This document shows, piece by piece, positions 59,701-64,000 of a stretch of 64,000 bases of DNA (its first letter is position 1; each line of letters begins with the position of its first letter). The stretch comes from an uncultured Nitrospiraceae bacterium (GTDB taxonomy: Bacteria > Nitrospirota > Nitrospiria > Nitrospirales > Nitrospiraceae). The DNA lies in assembly GCA_963730935.1 (NCBI GenBank), contig CAVSTP010000002.1, forward strand, positions 640,001 through 704,000, in the 5' to 3' direction. A model generated the notes under the pieces. The model was given only the letters and a program-made list of their open reading frames with translations, was not told the origin of the DNA and made no database searches. Made by a program: the position numbers and the translations under genes.

Positions 59701-59874
59701 GCTTGCGCCGTAATACACGGTGGTGATGATCACCGACGAGCTCTCGATCTTGGGATACTGCTGCACGGGCAGCGTCGTCAGCGCCCGCCAGCCGGCCAGC
59801 ACGATCATGAGATTCACGACGATCGCCAGCACCGGATGTTTGATGAAGATGTCGGTGAATGAACGCATCTGCAT
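56773..59874 (-). CDS. RND efflux permease (second copy)
   Basis: FIKHPVLA, GLVVDDAIVVVENVER, AKNGILIVEFA, RLRPVLMT; start taken as MQMRSF at 59874. Confidence 0.95.
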   Translation of the reverse strand: MQMRSFTDIFIKHPVLAIVVNLMIVLAGWRALTTLPVQQYPKIESSSVIITTVYYGASAETVRGFLSTPIERVASAIGGVDYVESTSRGGVSTVTVHLKLNHSSTAALAEVTARLQQVRSELPAEAEPPVVEVQRADRPYASFYLSFTSSERTVPAVTDWLLRTLQPQLATLSGVQRVTIEGGRQIAMRIWIDPDRLASFNLSPGDVQGALRRNNYLAAVGRTKGNLVQVNLLANTDLRSTEEFEDLIVADRGGAIVRLKDIAKVEREAEEADMVAKYNSTEGVYLGVWPVPGANEIDVAKRLRDEMERIRPTLPKDIDMRLVWDGTMFMRNALTEITKTLSETILIVALVVFLFMGSVRTALVPLVAIPVSLIGAALFMFAFGFSLNLLTLLAIVLSVGLVVDDAIVVVENVERHVRQGKSRIEAALAGARELIGPIIAMTITLATVYTPIGFQGGLTGSLFLEFAMTLAVAVVLSGVVAVTLSPVMSSRFVHPQGKEGRMAVLVNRTFELVRRGYARLLDGALEMRWGIVAAAVLIMVAAWPLYLFSRQELAPVEDQSHISLFFEASPDSTVAATNRQHLQIVDAVRSFPETEFTWSLTTAWGGFGGLVAKDWHVRERSTEQMYGQVFGAVSQVPGLRVFPRLDPPLPTPGQYDVELVLQSDVPADQMLQTVGAVLGAGWQSGKFLYVDTDLKIDLPEARVVLDRERLADLGLDLAGVGRELGTLLGGAYVNRFNYFDRSYKVIPQIGDKDRATVEPLLDLKIKTPAGQLVPVSTFTHIETSTAPRTLNRFQQRNAVRIFGGVKPGVTKAEGLRVLEAAAATAGGPPVVLDYAGESRQIRQEGGALTVTLGFAVVLIYLVLAAQFQSFRDPLIVLLGSVPLAISGALVFSFLDLTTINIYSQVGLITLVGLIAKNGILIVEFANQLQASGLARAVAVREAALTRLRPVLMTSAATVFGHLPLVLATGPGAAARNSIGMVLVTGMTVGTLFTLFVVPVFYSLIAAEHQPDALRDDLEDLVEDDELLVAGAKA

Positions 59875-59902
59875 GGTCTTTCCCGTCCTTCTAATCATCG
59901 AT

Positions 59903-61030
59903 TCAGTGGAGACTGATCGCCTGCCGCCGCTCGTCCTCGGCGGTTCCGGCGCCGGCAATGGACACGAGCGCCGCCTCGCGCAGCTTGAAGGATCCTGATG
60001 CCGCGACCTGCTCACCTGCCGTCAGTCCTGAATGAATGACAATCTCGTCTCCGAACATCGCGCCGCTTTCGACCTGCTGAACGTGCGCCCTGGCGCGGCC
60101 GTCCTTGTCCTGAGTGATGACGAAGACTTGATCTCCCTGCGGGCCTTTGCGCAACGCACTCACCGGCACGGCAACCGCCTTGCGTGGTGTGCCTACCGGC
60201 ACGCGCACGCGCACCGAAGAACCAGGAGAGGGCGCATGGGCTGCGCCCTCGATTCGCGCCCGCACGACCGCATTCCTGGTCGCGGGGTCGATACGCGAGT
60301 CGAGCGCCACGATCTTGGCGGTGACAGGAGCCGACGTGCCCGCGGAGACCTCGACCAGTTCGCCTTCTCGTAGATCTGCCGCGACCTGCTGCGCCACGGT
60401 AAAGTCCACGTGTGCCGCATCGTCGATCCCCTGAAGTGTCGTCAACAAGGTCCCTTCGTTCAGATATTGGCCTGGATGGACGTCGGCGATGCCGACGCGC
60501 GCACGAAATGGCGCGCGAATCGTCTTGCGGGCGATGATCGCCTTGGTGCGGGTGATTTGCGCCCGGGCGACGTCCAGATCGGCCCGCGCCCGATCGACTT
60601 CTTCCTGTGTGGTGGCCATTTCGTGGTTCAGATTCTGTCGGCGATCGAGCACCGTCTTGGCGAGGGCAGCTTGCGCCTCCTGAGCTTTCAGCTCGGCCTC
60701 TTCGACGGAGACATCAAGCGCCACTAGGACCGTCCCGGCTTCGACGATTTGTCCCGGCGCGAGGCGCACCTGGCGCACCGTGCCGGCAAGTTCGTTCTTT
60801 AGGGTGATCGAGCGCAGTGCCAGGACCGTCCCGATCGATGTCGTGCTCTGGCGATGCTCGATTTCCTTCGCGAGAGCGACCGTCACCGTCTCCATAGGTT
60901 CAGGCTGCTTTGCCGAGGCCGCCTGGCCCTCTTGGATGGCGTCGTACTTCCAAGCCGCGAGGCCCACGCCCATCACGATCACCATTATCGGGAGTACAAC
61001 CGAACCGACCCAGTGATACCAACGCTTCAT
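59903..61030 (-). CDS. RND periplasmic adaptor subunit
   Basis: N-terminal TM anchor, IRAPF, GQYL..G, VPVSAL; GGAGG RBS before ATG at 61030. Confidence 0.92.
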   Translation of the reverse strand: MKRWYHWVGSVVLPIMVIVMGVGLAAWKYDAIQEGQAASAKQPEPMETVTVALAKEIEHRQSTTSIGTVLALRSITLKNELAGTVRQVRLAPGQIVEAGTVLVALDVSVEEAELKAQEAQAALAKTVLDRRQNLNHEMATTQEEVDRARADLDVARAQITRTKAIIARKTIRAPFRARVGIADVHPGQYLNEGTLLTTLQGIDDAAHVDFTVAQQVAADLREGELVEVSAGTSAPVTAKIVALDSRIDPATRNAVVRARIEGAAHAPSPGSSVRVRVPVGTPRKAVAVPVSALRKGPQGDQVFVITQDKDGRARAHVQQVESGAMFGDEIVIHSGLTAGEQVAASGSFKLREAALVSIAGAGTAEDERRQAISLH

Positions 61031-61083
61031 GGAAGACCTCCGCGCTTGTCTGACGTAGCTCTCACCCTTTATTAGGAAGAACA

Positions 61084-61227
61084 GCAACGTTCGTTCCTAG
61101 CCTTGCACCCACGACCAGTTCGCCTAACTATCGAAGGAACCTAGAGAATTTATGACGTGGCCAGGAAGAGGCGTCGAGGTGCCGATAGCGATTCGCCGCC
61201 TAATCGGCAGGTGCCGAAGGATCGGCA
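61084..61227 (-). promoter_or_regulatory. Sigma54 promoter with tandem enhancer palindromes
   Basis: AGGAAC-GAACG-TTGC at 61084-61098; YGCCGM-N4-TCGGCA sites at 61194 and 61212. Confidence 0.65.
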
Positions 61228-61241
61228 TCGCCTTGTGAGTG

Positions 61242-62234
61242 TCATGCGGGGCTTCCAGCCATTTCATGCGGCGGGCGCACGGTGAGAAATGCTTCGACAG
61301 GAAGGATGTTGTACCGCCGCCTGAGCTCTTCGACCTGCTCGCCCATGACAGGCCAATAGTCCCATCCGCTGTTGAGGTCGACGGTCATCGCCGCGCCACG
61401 CCGGATGGCGATCATGGCTTTCACCGGATCGAAAAATCCCGTTCTCGCTCCTGTGATGGGGGTCAAGCGGATGCCGACATGGAATTGCAGCAGCACGAAG
61501 AACACGAACGCCCAAGGGTCGCGCCGTTGAAAGCCCGCACTAAAGCAGGCCACTTGCACTTCTTCATCGGGCGTCGTCCCATATCCGGATAGGACATGCG
61601 CGCAATCGTGAAACAGGACTTGCTCTGCCGCTCCTCCCTTTTCACCGGGCAAGGGAAAGCCGTTCTTCCGGCAGTATTCCCAATAGGACCGACCCAACGA
61701 TCCGGCAGGATAATGCTCCAGGGCTTGATACCGACGAGCGAGGGCGGCATCTTCGTACCGTCCTACCATGCCGCGCGCGAATTTCAGGAGTCCCCGAACA
61801 CCTTCATTTTCCCAGATTTCCTTCACTTTCTCCCTTAACCAAAACCGCCGTGCCAGATCGAGACGAAGGCGCAACATCTCACCATTGAGTAGATAGCGGA
61901 GGTCGTGTACTTCGGGAGCGTCCACTTCCAACGCCCGTGCAAATTGTTCAACCGTCTCGGTCTCATGCTCGTTGGCTTTCCCATCGATCAACGAGACGAC
62001 GATCAACCCTTGGACCAGTTGATACCTGATTTGTCGGTCAGAGAGTCCTGAGGCCAGCTCCTCCGGCGTGATGGGCGTGAGATCTTCGACCGCATAGTTG
62101 GTCCCCAGGATCGTCTGCACCGACGTGAGCATCTGCCGCTCCGCGTCGTCGAGCGCGCCGTCTGCCAAGGCGACGGTTTTCATGGCACGCAGCCCCCAAC
62201 GGGCTTGTTCTGGCGTGGGCATTTTCAGTTCCAT
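61242..62234 (-). CDS. TerB-like plus Coq4-like domain protein
   Basis: VALADG.LDDAE repeats; P.GSLGRSY, HDCAHVLSGY...EE. Confidence 0.7.
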   Translation of the reverse strand: MELKMPTPEQARWGLRAMKTVALADGALDDAERQMLTSVQTILGTNYAVEDLTPITPEELASGLSDRQIRYQLVQGLIVVSLIDGKANEHETETVEQFARALEVDAPEVHDLRYLLNGEMLRLRLDLARRFWLREKVKEIWENEGVRGLLKFARGMVGRYEDAALARRYQALEHYPAGSLGRSYWEYCRKNGFPLPGEKGGAAEQVLFHDCAHVLSGYGTTPDEEVQVACFSAGFQRRDPWAFVFFVLLQFHVGIRLTPITGARTGFFDPVKAMIAIRRGAAMTVDLNSGWDYWPVMGEQVEELRRRYNILPVEAFLTVRPPHEMAGSPA

Positions 62235-62282
62235 CTGATCTCTCTCCTTGGAGTTAATTGTCGAAGTAGGGCCGGTTGAACT

Positions 62283-63242
62283 TCATGCCGGAACAATGTG
62301 AGGGTCGGACATCTGCACGGCCGTCGATGAATGAGCAGCAGCGACGTTCCAAGCCCCAAGACCTCCGGCCAGTGGCCACACGCGTGTGAATCCCAGCTTG
62401 CGGAGTCTTTTCGTCCCTTCGACGCTCGATGCATCCATTGGGCAGGCGCAATACAGGATCACATCGCGATCGCGAGACAGTTCATGCTGTCTTGTGACGA
62501 GCTCGTCGAGGGCCAGCGGGAGGGCGCCGGGAACGCCCGGCTCTTCCTGGCGCGCTGCGAACGAACGAAGGTCCACGATCACCGGAGTTTCTCCGGCCGC
62601 AAGTTTGTCGGTCAGCTGGCGGACCGTCATGCGTGGAACGCGATGGTCTGCACGATACCGATTGACCGCCTTGTAGACGACATACCCGATGATCGCCGTG
62701 AACACAGCCAGACCGACCGTCGGACCGATTTGGGCACTCATGACCAAGGCCTGCTCGAGCTGGTCGCTGAACGCCATCCCCAGAGCGATCCCTGTTCCAA
62801 CCCACAGCAGGGTACCCAGGCCATTGAACAGGAGGTACTGCGGCACCGAGAGTCCCACAATGCCAGCGAGCGGCGGGGCAATCGTGCTGAAGCCAGGGAC
62901 GAATTTCGCGACGATCAGCGAACGGACACCATGACGTGCAAAGAAGTCTTCCGTCCGGCGGACGCAGCTCGTCGGCTCCAACGAAATGCGGCAAAGCCAG
63001 TTCAACACCAGCCGGCCTCGGCGGCGGCCGAGTTCGAACCAGAGTTGATCACCCGCCATCGCGGCGAGAATGGCTGAGACAACAGCCATGCCCAGCCCCA
63101 TCTGCCCCGTGCCAACCAAGGCGCCTGCGGCAATCAAAAACGGCAACGCCGGTAGGGGAAGTCCGATCTGCTCGGCGAAAACTGCCGCCGCAAGTACCAG
63201 TGCACCATGTTGGCTCAGAAAGCTTATGGTCTCGTTCATCAT
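62283..63242 (-). CDS. DedA/VTT membrane protein fused to a rhodanese domain
   Basis: EQIGLPLP, GD..WF.LGR, AKFVPG; VILYCAC, LAGGL.AW. Confidence 0.92.
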   Translation of the reverse strand: MMNETISFLSQHGALVLAAAVFAEQIGLPLPALPFLIAAGALVGTGQMGLGMAVVSAILAAMAGDQLWFELGRRRGRLVLNWLCRISLEPTSCVRRTEDFFARHGVRSLIVAKFVPGFSTIAPPLAGIVGLSVPQYLLFNGLGTLLWVGTGIALGMAFSDQLEQALVMSAQIGPTVGLAVFTAIIGYVVYKAVNRYRADHRVPRMTVRQLTDKLAAGETPVIVDLRSFAARQEEPGVPGALPLALDELVTRQHELSRDRDVILYCACPMDASSVEGTKRLRKLGFTRVWPLAGGLGAWNVAAAHSSTAVQMSDPHIVPA

Positions 63243-63258
63243 GGACTCCCTTAACTCA

Positions 63259-63699
63259 TCAGAGGAATTGTTCAGCGGCGTAACGGGCAATCGCGCCAAT
63301 TCGATGATCGTCGTTCGGACGGCCCGGCAGGCCGCTGATCAATCGTGATCGGTTCAATTCAACAATGACGCGTCCCAACACCCATTGGACGCTGCTTGGA
63401 TCCAGTTTGGACACTCCCTCGAGGAGCTGCGCGGCGCTTCCGGCTTCAATGGAATGCTGCCGGATCAGCGCATCTTCGACGATGGCCTGCCCCAGTATCG
63501 GCTGAATCCAGCGCATTGTGAGGTTGTAGTCCGAAGAACGTTCGATCATCACGTTTGTCTCCATCGCGCCAAACGTCACCGGCGTAAAGAGAAAGAACAG
63601 GCACACCAAAATGCCGGCAATCGTGGCCATCATGCCGACCAGCGTGAACAGATCCGTTGTAGGGCTAATCCGGTCCATACGTCCTCCGTCGTCTCGCAT
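63259..63699 (-). CDS. Hypothetical membrane-anchored protein
   Basis: One TM helix; internal repeat QPILGQAIVE / QWVLGRVIVE. Confidence 0.65.
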   Translation of the reverse strand: MRDDGGRMDRISPTTDLFTLVGMMATIAGILVCLFFLFTPVTFGAMETNVMIERSSDYNLTMRWIQPILGQAIVEDALIRQHSIEAGSAAQLLEGVSKLDPSSVQWVLGRVIVELNRSRLISGLPGRPNDDHRIGAIARYAAEQFL

Positions 63700-63732
63700 C
63701 TCAACTCGACTCTGCTGACAATGGGGCCTTCA

Positions 63733-63890
63733 GCAAGTCACGTTCCACCGACGTAGACATATTGCCTAGCGATACAAATTGCTGATCTTGCAGAGGAAGA
63801 AGTTGGTGCGGGCTTACTGGGCGTGAGAGACGAGACGAAGCGGAAGGGCTTTTGGTGCCGAGATCTCGGCGCGCTGCCGAAACCTCGGCG
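63733..63890 (-). promoter_or_regulatory. Sigma54 promoter with tandem enhancer palindromes
   Basis: TGGAAC-GTGAC-TTGC at 63733-63747; TGCCGA-N4-TCGGCG at 63856 and 63875. Confidence 0.7.
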
Positions 63891-64000
63891 TCACTGTGGG
63901 CGCATGATGCCGAGCTTCTGCATCTTGGACTGGAGCGTCGTGCGCTTCATGCCCAGTTTGGCTGCCGCGCCAGCAGAGCCGCCGATCGTCCACTTCGCTT
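63891..64000 (-). CDS. C-terminus of a sigma54-dependent activator (FhlA-like Fis HTH), truncated by the window edge
   Basis: WTIGGSAGAAAKLGMKRTTLQSKMQKLGI. Confidence 0.88.
   Translation of the reverse strand, partial: AKWTIGGSAGAAAKLGMKRTTLQSKMQKLGIMRPQ

Noticed and set aside
1..64000. CRISPR array or cas genes
   Set aside because: No regularly spaced 25-45 bp repeats with unique spacers were seen; the 42.2-46 kb repeats are kilobases apart

Overview
Bacterial chromosome segment, most likely Nitrospira/Nitrospirota (inferred from protein style, gene order and intergenic repeats; not proven). Layout: (1) 1-4.9 kb: tail of a surface-polysaccharide-type locus (methyltransferase, asnB-like amidotransferase) and small fragments. 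(2) 4995-22161: a ~17 kb island integrated in tRNA-Leu(CAG), bounded by a 58-bp direct repeat. Its right end is a minimal phage-satellite-like core (alpA, primase/VirE helicase, iteron origin, xis, XRE, tyrosine integrase). Its cargo includes a KaiC-like ATPase/two-histidine-kinase module, a Crp regulator, a DUF6602-like nuclease and an internal tRNA-Phe att fragment. (3) 22.3-40.5 kb: core genes (rplI, glyA, nrdR, two-component pair, lpxC, suhB, RiPP-type radical SAM, phhB, ppk2 and others), plus a ~340-430 nt highly structured intergenic transcript candidate at 36.84-37.27 kb and a His-rich miniprotein. (4) 40581-46153: a decayed multi-layer island at the 3' end of tmRNA, with a probable serine-recombinase remnant and three internal att-like repeats. 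(5) 46.7-64 kb: a minus-strand double-RND efflux/detoxification cluster with duplicated sigma54 promoters and enhancer palindromes. Best candidates for undescribed systems are the structured RNA, the mobile KaiC-like/kinase module and the minimalist satellite. No CRISPR array or rRNA was seen. All family names come from motif recognition by eye, not from database searches.
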